DNA of 63,943 nucleotides, filler included, from Parasitella parasitica NRRL 2501 (Eukaryota; Fungi; Mucoromycota): the NCBI GenBank assembly GCA_025201805.1. It is 9 parts of 9 records of this genome, joined end to end, with 100 filler letters (N's around TTAATTAATTAA, not from the genome) between each part and the next. Parts side by side here need not be neighbours in the genome. Positions count along the whole stretch, not along the records: positions 1 to 30,163 come from MU619438.1; positions 30,264 to 31,446 come from MU619669.1; positions 31,547 to 34,031 come from MU619557.1; positions 34,132 to 45,620 come from MU619341.1; 5 more parts are not named here. One strand, written 5' to 3'. The notes under the pieces were generated by a model. The model worked only from the letters and a program-made list of their open reading frames with translations. It was not told where the DNA came from and made no database searches. Positions 28,770-42,472 of this stretch are shown here, in pieces. The translations under genes and the position numbers were made by a program. Position 1 is the stretch's first letter; each line of letters begins with the position of its first letter.

Positions 28770-29170
28770 GAATAGTCTTATCCAGTCTATATTAATAGTA
28801 CATGTCTGAGTGTATATCACTTATTCATCTTAGCATATATCGGTATATGTAGCACGTCTATAGCATGTCATAAGCATATCTATAGCATTGCACATATTGT
28901 ACAAGTCTGGAGTACATGATGTATCTGTAGCTAGTATCATGGATATAAGTATATGTCTTGTAGTGCGTATCTGGAAACTGGGGATACGCATCTGAAGCAT
29001 AGATCTTATATAGCATAAGCTCGTAGCATATACTAAATCTAGTAAATGTCTAAGGCTTGTGTCGAGATATAAGTATCTCAGTCTATAGCGTCATCCATCC
29101 TAATGGTGCCGTCTCTAGCTTATATCTTATATAGTATAAATCTGTATTGCACATCTTATTATCTGTGCGC
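28770..29170. repeat. Degenerate low-complexity minisatellite (TATAGCAT/TATCT-like units)
   Basis: Recurrent TATAGCAT, AGCATAT and GTATCT words. 28834-28921 recurs inverted at 49531-49618. Confidence 0.5.
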
Positions 29171-30163
29171 ATATGTAGTTTATATCAATTTAAGGTAACT
29201 TGATGAATCTAGAAGTGGAATGCAGATCATCATAGTGAATGTATTTCACAAGTATGTTGTCACTGTTGATGAACGAATAGAAAATACACCGTGTTAGCAT
29301 TGTCAATTGGTTTGATATTGCAGTAAATTTGAAAGATTTACGAAATAAAAAAAAATAAAATTAAAAGCGATATGAAATTACAATTATAATCAAGTTTGGG
29401 GTGTTATATCAATAACATGGCAAGGTCTCACATCAGGATCTCAGATCAGTCCCAGGGTCTTACAGTAAATCATGGGTAGTCATGATTTACATTATGCAGC
29501 TAGACAGTAGAACCCTAGTGTAATGAATGTGTGTATAATACATCGAGAGATGTATTATGAATAAAGGTGTAATTCTTTGGCAGATTTATTTTATCAGACT
29601 TTTGACATAACATACAGGTCTTTTGTACATACAACATATTAATAACATTTGTCCTAATAAATATTTCTTGATTTTGAATGCAAATAGCCATATTTTTTCT
29701 CAAGAATCTTTTATTTCTTCACGCAAATGCTGAAATACACAATATGGGTAACAATACAGCAGAGCATATCAAGTACAGTTCACAAACACAACAATTTTTG
29801 ACATGTTTTTTATTTCTCTTTCTTTTCAATATATTTTATAGACAATAAATGTTAGTCCAAAGATATAGTATAAATTATAGTGACTACATGCTATGGACGT
29901 ATGAATGGTCCAAGAAGGTATAATTTTTTGAAAGGCACTTTTTAGCACCATTAACAATCTAGTCAATATTTTTTAAATAGCCATGTTGCAAAAGTGCTTA
30001 AATCATCACCAGGCATTCAAGACAATCACTGAAAATTAAAAAAGTGATCGCTTTATTACAGCTTACTCAAAGCTATCACTGGAAACAAATGCGCATCTTA
30101 GATTTGCTTTTGAGATTAGCACGAGTCTATAAATACTGCACACTTTGCTTTTCCTTTTTTTTT

Positions 30164-30263
30164 NNNNNNNNNNNNNNNNNNNNNNNNNNNNNNNNNNNNN
30201 NNNNNNNTTAATTAATTAANNNNNNNNNNNNNNNNNNNNNNNNNNNNNNNNNNNNNNNNNNNN
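30164..30263. other. Artificial contig linker N-TTAATTAATTAA-N; also at ~31447, 34032, 45621, 46801, 49166, 60450 and 62798
   Basis: Identical ~100-bp blocks carrying six-frame stops, flanked by N; a scaffolding artefact. Confidence 0.95.
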
Positions 30264-30447
30264 TTTGGTTTGATTTGGTATTTTCCTTTGTAAATTCGAT
30301 TTTGATGCTTTTATATACAATCAGTGAATAAATAAGGAATAATGATGACTAACTCAGGATAATGAAATAGTTATAATGCATCTAAGCCTTTCGCTTGGTA
30401 TGAATACAAAGAGATTACAAAACCTTCGTTTGTTGTAATGTGAATAA

Positions 30448-30484
<37 letters not shown>

Positions 30485-32719
30485 AGCACGATATGCATAG
30501 TAGATTCATTGTCCAGTGTTTTGCAAACATTTAAGAACCATCAGTTCATTAGGGTGGTTGAATATGTGTCTTGAATCATTTCAACTTGGGGAATACCTTC
30601 ATAGGGCATTTATATTTCAGATCCTTATTAAAGTGATGAATCATAGTAGTTTTAAGCATAAATGACCAAGGTATCCTTCTACGTTTAAATACAGGTGTTG
30701 ATTATACATCGTATCCTGTTAAGGATATGATGTTGCTTGCAAATTACTCTTATATCGATTAGTAAAAATAGATAAATGACAATAAAAATGTAGTGCATGA
30801 GACAATGAAGTTTATAGAATATGGAATATTTTTTCATTGATTGTTGAGTTATGCCAATCCAATCCTACTTGCTGATTGGTAAACGAACACATACTGGAGA
30901 TGCTATTATTATTACTCTTACTAAAACTAATATCACTGGCGAAACAACTGCTCGATTTCACAAAACTGATTTGAAAGGCTAAATTGTGCATTGTTACTGG
31001 ATCAAATACTGGTGTTGACTAGGAAACAGCTTGTGTACTTTATTTCGTAGGAGCTAGAATCACCATCCCTTGCAAGACACTTGAAAAATCATACTCAAGC
31101 TATTGAGGAACTTGAGAAAACTGTTACTCAAATTTTCTGACCTCTCCTCTATCAAAGCTTTTGCTTATGCATTTTTACCCCTTGATTTGCCTCTCCATAT
31201 TTTCAACAATGATTCTGGTATCATAGTTTGTCCTAAATACTTTACCAAGGATGGGCTCGAGGCCCTATCCGGTGTCCATCATCAGACCCATTTTACCTCA
31301 CAAGTCTATTGACTGGTAAAGTCAAATGATCTTTCTCGCGTAGTCATTTCTAGTTCAAGTGGCAATAGTCAATTTTGGGTAATGCTGGTTCTGATTTCGA
31401 CAACTGGAAAATGCTGAGGAAAAGTATCCAAAGGCTATAGTCTATCNNNNNNNNNNNNNNNNNNNNNNNNNNNNNNNNNNNNNNNNNNNNTTAATTAATT
31501 AANNNNNNNNNNNNNNNNNNNNNNNNNNNNNNNNNNNNNNNNNNNNCCGATACAAAGTGATATCATCAAAGCCATTCAAAGAGAGCCTAGCTTCAACAGC
31601 AGGTTTAATTAGTAATTTATAGAATAAAATATACATAACTTTCCCTTTAAATTTGACTATTTTCATCGGTGTAAATAGTTGGCATCAAACCTCTTAAGAG
31701 GAAAAAGATGTTTCCACACAAAAAAGCGCAAATTCTAACCATTGTTTCACAAGTCTTTTCATCTGATAGAAGATACGCATATGCTTGATAATCGATCTGC
31801 ACCTTTGTTTATGCTGTTTCTTAATCTTTTCGCATCCAAGTTGAATATGACGTATAGTGCAAAAATTCATTTGATTCAAATTATTACCATACCTTTTTAT
31901 TGTGTCTGACCCAAACAAATTTATTGAGCCCAATTTTATATTACAAATTGTGTTTATCTTTGATAGTGTGCAATACAGGTTCACGCTAAATTGACCTCAA
32001 ATCAGCAGTGTGTTTGCGTTTAATTACGTGTGGTTAAACTTTTTCTGCGTGCCCAAGTACACAAGCTCCGTTAAGACGACTTGTATTATGTGCAAATTCA
32101 TGAATATTATACACGAATACGTCAATTCATTCACTAATTGCTATAAGTGTGCCATCTGGACTAATTTTTAAAAAAAAAAAAAAAAAAAAAAGAGTGGCGA
32201 CAAATACCGTCTTTTTAACATTTTTTTATAGGTGAATAATTTAACCAAATGGCAAGAATTATCAACTGCCTAAATAGATGTCTCTTGAAGAATCAAATAT
32301 TGCAGCATCACCATATATTACACTTTATAAAGAATGAATACAACAAAAAGCTAGATATTTTTTAGTGCATAGCCGACGCTTTTGAATAACACATCCCATG
32401 AGAATTAGCATACTTCAAAACCTGCAGTTTTTCTAGTTCTCTATATAAATGCGAGTTATACTGCCACAAATTGATTGTTTTTGCTTGCATGAACACATTT
32501 AACCTTGCGGCATGAAATGTCAAGCAAAACTAAATACAATGTCTGTATACTCGCTTCGCTTTATAAAAAAAAAATTAACCAATGCAACTTATATTTCCAA
32601 GGTAATTCCCAGTTCATATGTTCTCCTGCCTCAATTTCAAAGCATTTTCGACTAAATTTATAGTTTTTTGTAACCATTAGACTAATTTCCATAAAATACA
32701 GCGAAATGTGCATTTCTAA

Positions 32720-33900
32720 TGCAGAACCTTTTACCGCCGTGGCGACGCCAACTCCCTGCTCTTGTGAAATTCTGGTATTTGCTGACTGTCGTTCAAGTTA
32801 TACAACAAATTATGTCTTCTTTCGTCAATGCCAATTTCAGCCCAAGGCTCAGCTGGCAGCTTATTGTCACAGCCACGAAACATGGTGGTCTTGGTGTGCT
32901 AAACCCCACCATCCAGCAAAAGGCGCTGTTCTATTGCTGGATTTACCCGCTTTTGTTCTCTCGTGCTTCGTCGTCGTCTGTGCCGTACATCTTCTATATC
33001 GCTGCTCATGTTTGTAACACTCTAAATGGCCCACTTCTTCCCCTGCTGCTCCTTTTTCGGATGCTCGTCGATCGCTTGCTGGGTCTCTTTTGTGTACTAC
33101 GCCCATGTTGCTGCGCTCTGTAGACAGTATTCCGCGTGCTCTTTTGTCTATTCACGCCAACGCTTTGGATTGTTTACTGCTGCCTATCTTGTCCACGCTC
33201 ACCGCTGATTCTGGCTGTCGTCCCTAGCCTACTTCTCGGTTGTATCTTACCAACGTCTCTAATCTTTTCAAGTACTGCCCTATTACTGGACATTACCTGC
33301 TGCCCAAAACGCCATCAGAGCTAGGCCCTACTTTCCAGTACATTGCTGCTGCCCGATTTGGCAAGAACATTCGAGCCTTTCTTTGTGCGCTGCCTCCATC
33401 GTTCTGCTCTTGATCTCTATGACGCTGCCGATCGTACCACTATCCAGTCCACGCTGCGCTTTTCCGCTTTTATGTCGAGTTTGGGCGTGTCCTCCTCCCT
33501 TTGGCAAATCGACGAGCCTAAGTACCAAACAAAACACTTTCGTCAGTTGCTAGTGGATGCTTCCAGTCGCATTGTTAGTTCCTCGTTGGCCCCATCTTGC
33601 CGCTGCTTGGTCTCGTTTTTGGACACTGTCTCTAACGCTTGTCCAGCGCAATGTGATATATAGCTGTAGCTGCATGGCAAGGCGATTACGCGAGCCCAAC
33701 TGTGGCTGTATGATCCCATGGTCTATCAACCTGCCTGCCTCTTCTGCCCGAGTTGCGATGAGATTGTTAAAAATCTGTTTTTTGTGAGTGCCCGTCCAAG
33801 TTTGATTCAAGAATTTCTTTGGCTTGGAACTGCCTGTCTCCGAGATCCAATTTACCCTTATAACCCTCAATTTTGGGAAGATCATAGCTGGGCTGTTTTG
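32720..33900 (+). mobile_element. Degenerate non-LTR (L1-like) retrotransposon ORF2 3' fragment
   Basis: Post-RT motif SWQLIVTATKHGGLGVLNPTIQQKAL; later WSRFWTLSLTLVQRNVIY and a CLFCPSCDE zinc-knuckle-like motif; many frameshifts; T-rich tail. Confidence 0.65.
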
Positions 33901-34289
33901 TTTCTTTGTTTTTTCTAGCTTCTGGCTATGCTTTTTCTTTTATTTTTTTATTCATCTTGTAAATCCTTGTTGAGCACTGCTTTGCTTGAATTCTCTTCCT
34001 CGAGCATATGTGCAACAAATAAAACTCTTTTNNNNNNNNNNNNNNNNNNNNNNNNNNNNNNNNNNNNNNNNNNNNTTAATTAATTAANNNNNNNNNNNNN
34101 NNNNNNNNNNNNNNNNNNNNNNNNNNNNNNNCTTTGGCACTTAGATCATAAAGTACTAGAATATGATACAAGTTCTATAAAGGGTTGCTGTTTTCAGGGC
34201 TGCGCCCTTAAATTGAACCAAGAAAAAAAACCCTTTAAATCTGTTCGGTATAGTTCCACAGTTGTGTTCGTGTCTCGTATTCTCTTATG

Positions 34290-34457
34290 TGTCCCATTTT
34301 CCACTTTCATATTAACGTCCCATTTTCGTATTGGTAACCCATTTTCCTAGTAGTAGCCCATTTTTGTATTCGTGACCCATTTTTGTAATCGTGTCCCAAC
34401 TCAATTTGGAAATGACCAAAATTTATTTTCATTGGCCCAACCTAGTTTCGTCAACTG
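34290..34457. repeat. DNA-transposon end with CCCATTTT subterminal repeats, abutting the truncated Fanzor gene
   Basis: Five CCCATTTT units at 34294-34385. On the minus strand the Fanzor similarity stops at TA|CAGTTGACG (34459-34449), a Tc1/pogo-like junction. Confidence 0.35.
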
Positions 34458-35482
34458 TAATAGCTTCTTCACTAAACGCATTGGACACCATTTCTTTACG
34501 GATGGTATCCGCTCTTTCTTTTTTTTCACAGAGCTTATTTAGTAGAGTTCGCAATCTATTTCCAAAATGGGTCTTTATGTTGTTAAGATAGGCAGTTTGG
34601 ATCTTGGTGCACTCATATAGTGCTATTTGTTGAGCATTCACCAGTTTGATTGGAGTATAATTCGCGTCTTCCAAGTAAGATTGGAGTATAATTCGCGTCT
34701 TCCAAGTAAGATTGTTGATATTTTGCTATGAACTTCCTGTACTCCGCAGTCGTGTCTTAAAGCTTAACAGACTTGCGGGTAGTTTTTGGGCAATCAGAGA
34801 CAAGAATACTTCCACAAAAAATCCTTATCGTACAAATTCATTCAATTCGAAATTGCTGTTTGTGGCCAATTCTTTCAAGAACATGTATTTTGAAAAAGCA
34901 AATGTGTGAGTGATGACTGTATGAGTAGTATTCACTAGATTATACAATGGCTGCAAAAATTCTGGTTTCCATATATTTTTAATAGTCGTTTTCACTGTCA
35001 TCGCTTTTTTTCTTGTTTTATCATGAAAGCTCGTCGTTGTAGAACCAGGTTTGGTAGCAGTAGAATCAGACTTGAAGCAGCATCATTGATTACATTCATG
35101 AAGCTATCAGATTGCGTAGTCTTGCTTGATTCACCTATCATTGGACTTTGATCATTGGTGTTACGGAGCCGATCTTGCTTGTGCTACCAATTTCGTCTTT
35201 GGCCCTCTTTCTTGCTTTATAATAAGTGTTTAAAATGCTTTGACTCTTCAACACTTACGAATATAATGTGCTAATACATACTTCTTTTTCTAAAGGTTAC
35301 AAATGGCTGAATCATCGTCTGAATCATCGTTTATAATTTTTTTATATGTGTTTACCATCATAGCTTCAATTTGAGGTAAGTAACGTTTTAAACAGAAATT
35401 AATATGTATCTCTACCGTTTCTGTTCTTAAAAGACTCCTCTTCAGAGCAAGATGTAGAAGTATCCTTCCGACTTTTCGTCAT
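34458..35482 (-). pseudogene. Fanzor1 (eukaryotic TnpB-like) N-terminal WED/REC fragment, decayed
   Basis: Minus strand reads MTVKTTIKNIWKPEFLQPLYNLVNTTHTVITHTFAFSKYMFLKE..*GFFVEVFLSL, then after a frameshift YRKFIAKYQQSYLEDANYTPIKLVNAQQIALYECTKIQTAYLNNIKTHFGNRLRTLLN. It has a stop, a frameshift and a 31-bp tandem duplication at ~34650-34713. RuvC is absent. The 5' boundary is approximate. Confidence 0.7.
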
Positions 35483-35981
35483 CTGTAATTTTCTGAAGGG
35501 AATAGCTATATATTGTGTCTTCAAAAAACTAGTTGAAAAAAGAAACAAATGGAGGATACGCAATGTAGGTTCTGGTAACGATAATATGTGCTTTTGAATA
35601 TAACAGTTATTTTTGCTGAAATCGACATTTAATTTTGAGAAAATACCATTTATTTTTTTCCAGTGGGTATTTATATATCGATAAAAGCCATTTGTTTTTC
35701 AAAATGGAAGTTTGCACTGTATACAAATGCACATCTTTTTGCTTTCCAACCGCTTGATGCATCCCTTTACAAATTATGTGACAAGCGATATAATTAGTAA
35801 TGAGATGGGAAATGACGGGAGATTGACAGAAACCCCAGGTTTTCCAGCTCAAATCACTCGTTAAGGAAATCATGACATCCAAAGCAGTCCATACTAAATG
35901 TTGATGCATGTGGTATAAAAGCAAGCTGAAACCCGAGTGTTAGTTCATCTAGTTAACTCTTTTTTAATACAAAGTTCCAAC

Positions 35982-37156
35982 ATGTCTTCTGATAACAAGG
36001 TCAAAGTAGGCGTAGTCGGTTTTGGTAAGTCAATTGAAATCAAAGAGTAATTTAATTGTCATTAACATGCTTTTCAGGCATGTCCGCTCGAGTCTTCCAT
36101 TGTCCTTTGATTACTTCTTCTCCTTTTATGCATTTGGCGGCTGTTGTTGAGCGTAATAACAATAAATCCCAGGATGTATACCCTTGGATCCGTGTGAGCA
36201 AAAGCACCGATGACCTCTTTGCTGATACCGAGATTGATCTGGTTGTCATCACTACTCCAAATGGGTCTCATTATCCTTTGGCTCTTGAGGCTATGAAGAA
36301 CGGAAAGCATGGTAATCTTATTGAGACAAAAGAGTGTACATAGTAACTAAGATCGATATTAGTTGTTGTTGAGAAACCTTTTACCATCACATCTAAAGAA
36401 GCCGAGGAGCTTGCCCGAGTTGCCAAGGAAACAGGTCGTATCTGTAGTGTTTACCAAAACCGTCGTTGGGATGGTGACTTTTTGACTGTCAAGAAGTTGT
36501 TGAAGGGTGATCAATTGGGTCGCTTAGTTGAATATGAGTCTCATTTTGACCGTTTCCGTAACTTTGTCAAGGCTGGCTGGAGAGAACAATCTGATGCCCC
36601 CGGTTCTGGCATGCTATATGATCTCGGTGCTCATTTGATTGACCAGGCTCTTGCTTTATTTGGTATGCCCAAGACTGTCTTTGCCATGGTTTGCAACCAA
36701 AGACAATTAAAGGAAACTAATGTTGCGGATGACTTCACCATCATTTTGGGCTATGAAAATTCTTTCAAAGCTATTCTGCGTTCAAGCATGTTGGCTCGTC
36801 ATGCACCTGTTTTACGCTTTAACCTTCGCGGTATGAATGGTACATATAGAAAGGAATATTTGGACGTTCAAGAGGACCAACTTAAGTCCGGTGTGGTTCC
36901 CTCTGACGCTGAATACGGCGTAGAGCCCAATGAACGTTATGGTACTATCAACACTGATTTCAATGATGTTCATATTTTTGGTAAAGTTGATACCGAGAAG
37001 GGCGATTATTTGTCCTTCTATAACAATGTTGCTCAGTCTATCATCAAGTCTGATCCCGAAAGCTTGATCGTGAAACCTCAAGATGGAGCCAACTGCATTC
37101 GTATCATTGAGCTTGCTCAACAAAGCAGTGATGAAGGTCGTGTCATCACTCTTTAA
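35982..37156 (+). CDS. Gfo/Idh/MocA-family NAD(P)-dependent oxidoreductase (YdgJ/IolW-like; 3 exons)
   Basis: VGVVGFG|MSARVFH Rossmann start; KH|VVVEKPF, YQNRRWDGDF, GMLYDLGAHLIDQ. Confidence 0.9.
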
Positions 37157-37599
37157 TTTGCTTTATTTGAAGCTCAAGCAACTCCTTTCTTAAAAGCTTA
37201 TTTTTTTTTTAATTACTAATGCATTCCTCATAAAATTAGCCATGTATAACATTGTATTGATTAACCTAACTACTGTCCATGTAATTTACACCGAGGTGAA
37301 ATATGCAGCAACTCAAATCATCACTGTTTTTATTTGGAAGCTGTTTTCTTACTACAAATGACTTGACTGAAACTTTTAGTTCGCTCAAGCGTAATACGTT
37401 TTCTTACCAGTATACACTTTTTTTTTGGTTGTGTAACAAGAGATTCTGCAAATGTTTTCAATAAGCGTAATTCCCCCGTTTTCGTTGGCATCTATTGTCT
37501 TCTTCGGAGCCATAAGTTGGTATGGCTAAAACATGCTCTCGTTATCAGATTTTCTTTTTCTTTTCTTTCTGTTTTGATACATTTATATATTATAACTTC

Positions 37600-39406
37600 A
37601 TGGGTGCTCAGAATTCCAGAGAAGAAAGCACCGAAACTTTTGACGAAAAGCGTGCTGAGATGATGGCTGTTGTTGAGCAAGAGGCCATCAACAACATGTC
37701 TCTCGCAGATAGTCAAGAAAAATATTTTTCACAAGCAATAGCTACCATGGATCTAAACGATGAAAATGTCAAGGAGCACTACTCTCGCCTTACTCCTCGT
37801 TCTCTCGATAAATTCTCGGAGCATTTTTGGCATGATAAGAAGAATCAATTGGCCATGAATGCTGTCATGAACAATGACCCCTCCAGGATTATGGTAAATC
37901 CCAAAGCTGCCATCGAGAATCGTCATGTTTTCAACGTCAAGCTCGAGGTAGAAGGTGCTGCTACTAACCAAAAGCAAAGCGGTCGCTGTTGGATTTTTGC
38001 TGGTGAGAGATGACAAAACAACCGTGATGGTCATTAATTATTCACATAAATCCTCTCTTTGTTACCAACAATCAGGAACAAACGTGCTTCGCTTAGCAGT
38101 GATTCGTAGGTACAAGCTTAACGATAATTTCGAATTAAGTCAAAATTTCCTTTTCTTCTATGGTAAACTATTAAATATAGTTCTAAATGTTGAACAACGT
38201 AACACTAAAATTTGCATCTGATAACGTAGACAAACTGGAAAAGGCAAATTGGTTCCTCGAAAATATGGTTGATTTAGCTGATAAGGATATAAATGATCGT
38301 GTCGTCCAATATCTTTTAACGGATCCTGTGGGAGATGGTGGTCAATGGCAAATGTTCATCAATTTGGTCGAAAAGTATGGAGTAGTCCCCAAGAATGCTT
38401 TCCCCGAAACCGAGGCCTCAAGCGCTACTGGTAAGCTCAATTGGCTCGTAACTGTCAAATTGAGAGAATTTGCCGCTCAGATCCGTAAAGCTTTATCTGA
38501 CGGTATCTCGGTTAATACAATCCGTGTCATAAAGGAGGAGATGATGCAAGACATTTATCGTATCTTGGTCATTTATCTAGGTGAGCCGCCTGCTAAGTTT
38601 GATTGGGAGATTGTCGATAAAGCTGGAAAATGTCTGTCAATACCTTCTTTGACGCCAAAGAAGTTTATGAAAGACATTGTAGAATATCCCGTAAGTCTTT
38701 GTATAGTATTCAGCAGTAAATATTGACCTGCAGTCGTGATGATTTTCTGTTGTAGATTTCGGAAACCATGTCCCTTATCAATGATCCCCGAAATCCTTAC
38801 TCTCGTGCGTTCACTGTCGCTCGTCTGGGAAACATTGTTGGTGGCAGTGAAATCAAATATGTGAACACTACCGTTGCCACAATGAAGAAGCTTGTAATAA
38901 ATGTTCTCAAATCCGGCAACCCTGTCTGGTTTGGTTGTGATGTTGGTAAGTAGCTTTTACATAATTATGCTTATTTTACAATGTGATTATTCATTTTAAA
39001 TGCAGGACAATTCAGTAATGGAAGTGTGGGATCCATGGATACCAAAGTATTTGACTATAAATTGACATTTAACGTCGATTTTAATCTCTCTAAAGCTCAA
39101 CGTTTGCTTTACGGCGAAAGCGCAATGACTCACGCTATGGTGTTCACAGGTGTTCATCTTGACAAGGAGAATGAGCCTATTCGTTGGAGGGTAGAAAACA
39201 GTTGGTCTGATACATCCGGTGAGAAGGGCTTTTGGGTCATGAGTGACGAGTGGTTCTCTGAATTTGTGTATCAAGTGGTACTTGAGAAGCGTGTTGTCCC
39301 TAAGAAGTTGGTTGATTTATTGGACGACAAACCTATCGTTCTACCTGCTTATGACCCAATGGGCGCTTTGGCTAACCCTACACAAGATTTATCACTGCAC
39401 AATTAA
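37600..39406 (+). CDS. Bleomycin hydrolase / cysteine aminopeptidase (C1B; Lap3/Gal6-like; multi-exon)
   Basis: NQKQSGRCWIFA (Cys), DKLEKAN, DGGQW, THAMVFTG (His), VENSW (Asn), DPMGALA. Confidence 0.93.
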
Positions 39407-39471
39407 CATTATCCATGGAATAATTTATTCAAATAATCAATTCCTGAAACAATAAATAAAAGCTGTTTCTA

Positions 39472-42400
39472 TTAGTTGCTAATACCAATATCCTCTCTCA
39501 TAAAAGCATCTGAAGAGGGCTCTCTTCCAAGGAAAGCCTTCAAAAGATCCATACCATCCTTGCTGCTGCCCTTTTCAAGAATATTCTTTCTGTATGAGTA
39601 GCCAACTTCTGGGGAGAGCGTGTCCTCTTCAAACTTGCTAAAGAACATATCGCTTGAAAAGACCTTGGACCACATGTAGCCATAATATCCAGCATCATAA
39701 CCTCCCATCAAATGACCAAAAGCAGCTTGGCCAAAGCTACCTTCAGGGGCAGCAATTAAGGATATCTTCTTGCGGAGATCATTATAAATTTTGGTAGTGT
39801 CAACGTTTTCATCATCAGAAGTGTGGATTGTCATATCATAGATACCAAAAAATAGTTGGCGCAAGTTGAGCATAGCAGCATCGACATTCTTGGCCTTTAC
39901 AATACGATCGATGATTTCATCAGAGATAGGTTCACCAGTCTCGAAATGAGAAGTGAGGTACTTAAGAGATTTGGGATCATAGCACCAATTCTCGAGCATT
40001 TGAGAGGGGGCTTCAACGAAATCACCCTCAACAGATGTACCATGGAATCTGGCGTACTTGGTACGAGAGCATAAATGATGCATAACATGGCCCTATATAT
40101 TAAAAAAAAACAGATATCATGAATTATTTCATATGTCTAAATACTGTTATAGACTTACCAATTCATGGAACAATGTTACAACTTCATCATGCTTTAATAA
40201 CGATGGCTTATCAGAAGTTCTAATCAAGAGAGACGTGTAAGTATACAATTTAGGATATTCATTTTCATCTTACGGCTTGGTAAAATTAGCAACCATTGCA
40301 GCAATAGGCGCAACACGTTCACCATTTTCAGCAATGTAAGAGGGTTGAAGAGGGAAACAAGCAGCATGAGGATCTAAATAATTCAGATGTTAGGATCTAT
40401 TGTATTACACCATACACTATTTACATTTGTTTTCACGAGGGAACAAGTCGAGGTACATGAAACCAGAGAAGCTTTTATCCTCAACAGCATCCCAGCATTC
40501 AAAAAGTTGAACATCAGGGTGCCAAACAACAGCTTTATCGGCAGGAACCTTGACCAACTTGAGACCCAAAACTTTTTCATAGATGTCCAACATTTCTACA
40601 CACAAAATTTTTTTAAGTATATTGTAATTTATGAAATACGTACACATTACATACTTTGAATAGTAGTTTCCAAACTGAAGAATTTCTTGATTTGCTCTTG
40701 GTCAACAGAATATTCGTTTTCAAGAAGAATACGCTGATAATAGCTGGAATCCCAAGCATTGAAAGTTCCATCAAACTTTTCGCCTCGCTCAGCTATTTAG
40801 AGTATTCATTAATATTAATGGGAGAAGACTATCAAGTTTTATGGGGGGTTGCACCTTTTTCAGCCTGCAAATAGAAACACCAAATGTGAGTATAAATGTG
40901 CTGATGATATGTCTCCTTATATCAAACCTTTTTCAGATCTTTAAGCTCTTCAATTTCCTTTAATCCAGGTTCATATAATTTGTCGGTCAAATCTTTCAAG
41001 AACTGAGGGATTAAATTTTAGTTTGTGAGTGGTACTAGATAGACAACAAAACACACTTACCTTGTTGACAGCATCAACAGTCTTGGCCATTTTGTCTTCG
41101 AGAACATAATCAGCATGAGATTTATATCCTAAAATCTATTTAATGATACAAACTGGATAAGTTTTGATACCATTATTACTTGCTATAGGGTTTAAATTAC
41201 CTTGGCAGCTTGACGACGAAGCTTGACGGCCTTTTACAAAATAACAAAATCAATGCTTCAAATTCAAATTAATTCATTTATCAAGGGGCCTTACTTCTTC
41301 AAGCAAAGGAATGTTCTCCCTGTTACGAGATTCGTATGCAGTAGAATGCACCTTTCGAGTGTTTTCGTTTTTACATAACTTGAGAACTAAAATGAAGTTA
41401 GAATTTGACAAAAAGGCCTTGAAGCGTCAAACCTATACCTGGACGAACATCTAAAACGATAATGGAGAAACAATGATAAGGGAAATTGGGTCTTATACGT
41501 CCACATTATTCACTCACCAGGATACCTATAACGAACAAGAAAGTTATTCCTAAAATTCTATAACAACGTGAGATATTATTCTTACTTCATGGTCAAAATA
41601 TATTTAGTAACGCCATCCTCTTCCTCAGTCTTCAAACCATCTGTCGCAATGGCGTCAGAATTCCACTCTTTAATCAATGAAACATAAACAGTACTTGCCT
41701 AAAAAGTCGTCATCAAGCCCCTCCAACTCTTCCTATATACCATATGAGCATTCAGAAGATGTTTCTTTGCCAAATAGGCATAATTCAAAAGAATCTTACC
41801 TTGGTAAACTTGACCGCTATTGATTTTTCGAAAAAAAAAATCAAGACTTATTCAGAACGCAAAAATTAAAAAATGAAAACCTGGAGGACTTACTGCTACT
41901 CTCACGAGCCCAATTTTTGTTGAACTCGATACAAGCTTCACTCAATTTCTTACGGAGGTCTTTGAATTCATTGCGCTTCTCCTCAGACAAATGAAGACCA
42001 TTGCGACGGAAACGAAGTTCCATTTTACGCAAAAGACGAGCATCTTCAGCTTCCAAGCTGTCAAGGTCGGTCTTGTTAATGTAGCTAGTAATCACAGAGT
42101 AAATGTCATGGCGCATGCTTTGGTCGATGCTGAATTGATCATATTTGGTCTCGGCTGCAACTGAAGCCTCGCGAACAGCAGCATCAGGGGATATTTGACT
42201 CAAAGAGCTGACTAACTGAGCCTTGCCTGGTCATGATTTATGTTAACTCACTATACACGAATTGGATATTCCTTGGGTCACATACCAGATAGTTCGTTTT
42301 CAAATTTAGTTAAACGAACAACAATATTTTCATAAGTTTGCTCTTCAGGTTTCAAAGTAGCAACAAAATCGTTGACGGCGAGTTCTGCAGCGATGATTTC

Positions 42401-42472
42401 ATCTGTAATCTGCGCAACTTGCTCTGCATTGATGCTAAAGTCAAGAGAAGGAGCAGGGGCAGCTTGTGTCAT
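39472..42472 (-). CDS. M3A zinc oligopeptidase (thimet oligopeptidase/saccharolysin-like), highly intron-fragmented
   Basis: YLDLFPRENK, VANF, FHEL|GHVMH (HEXXH), DFVEAPSQMLENW, GYDAGYYGYMWS, FLGREPS. Confidence 0.92.
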
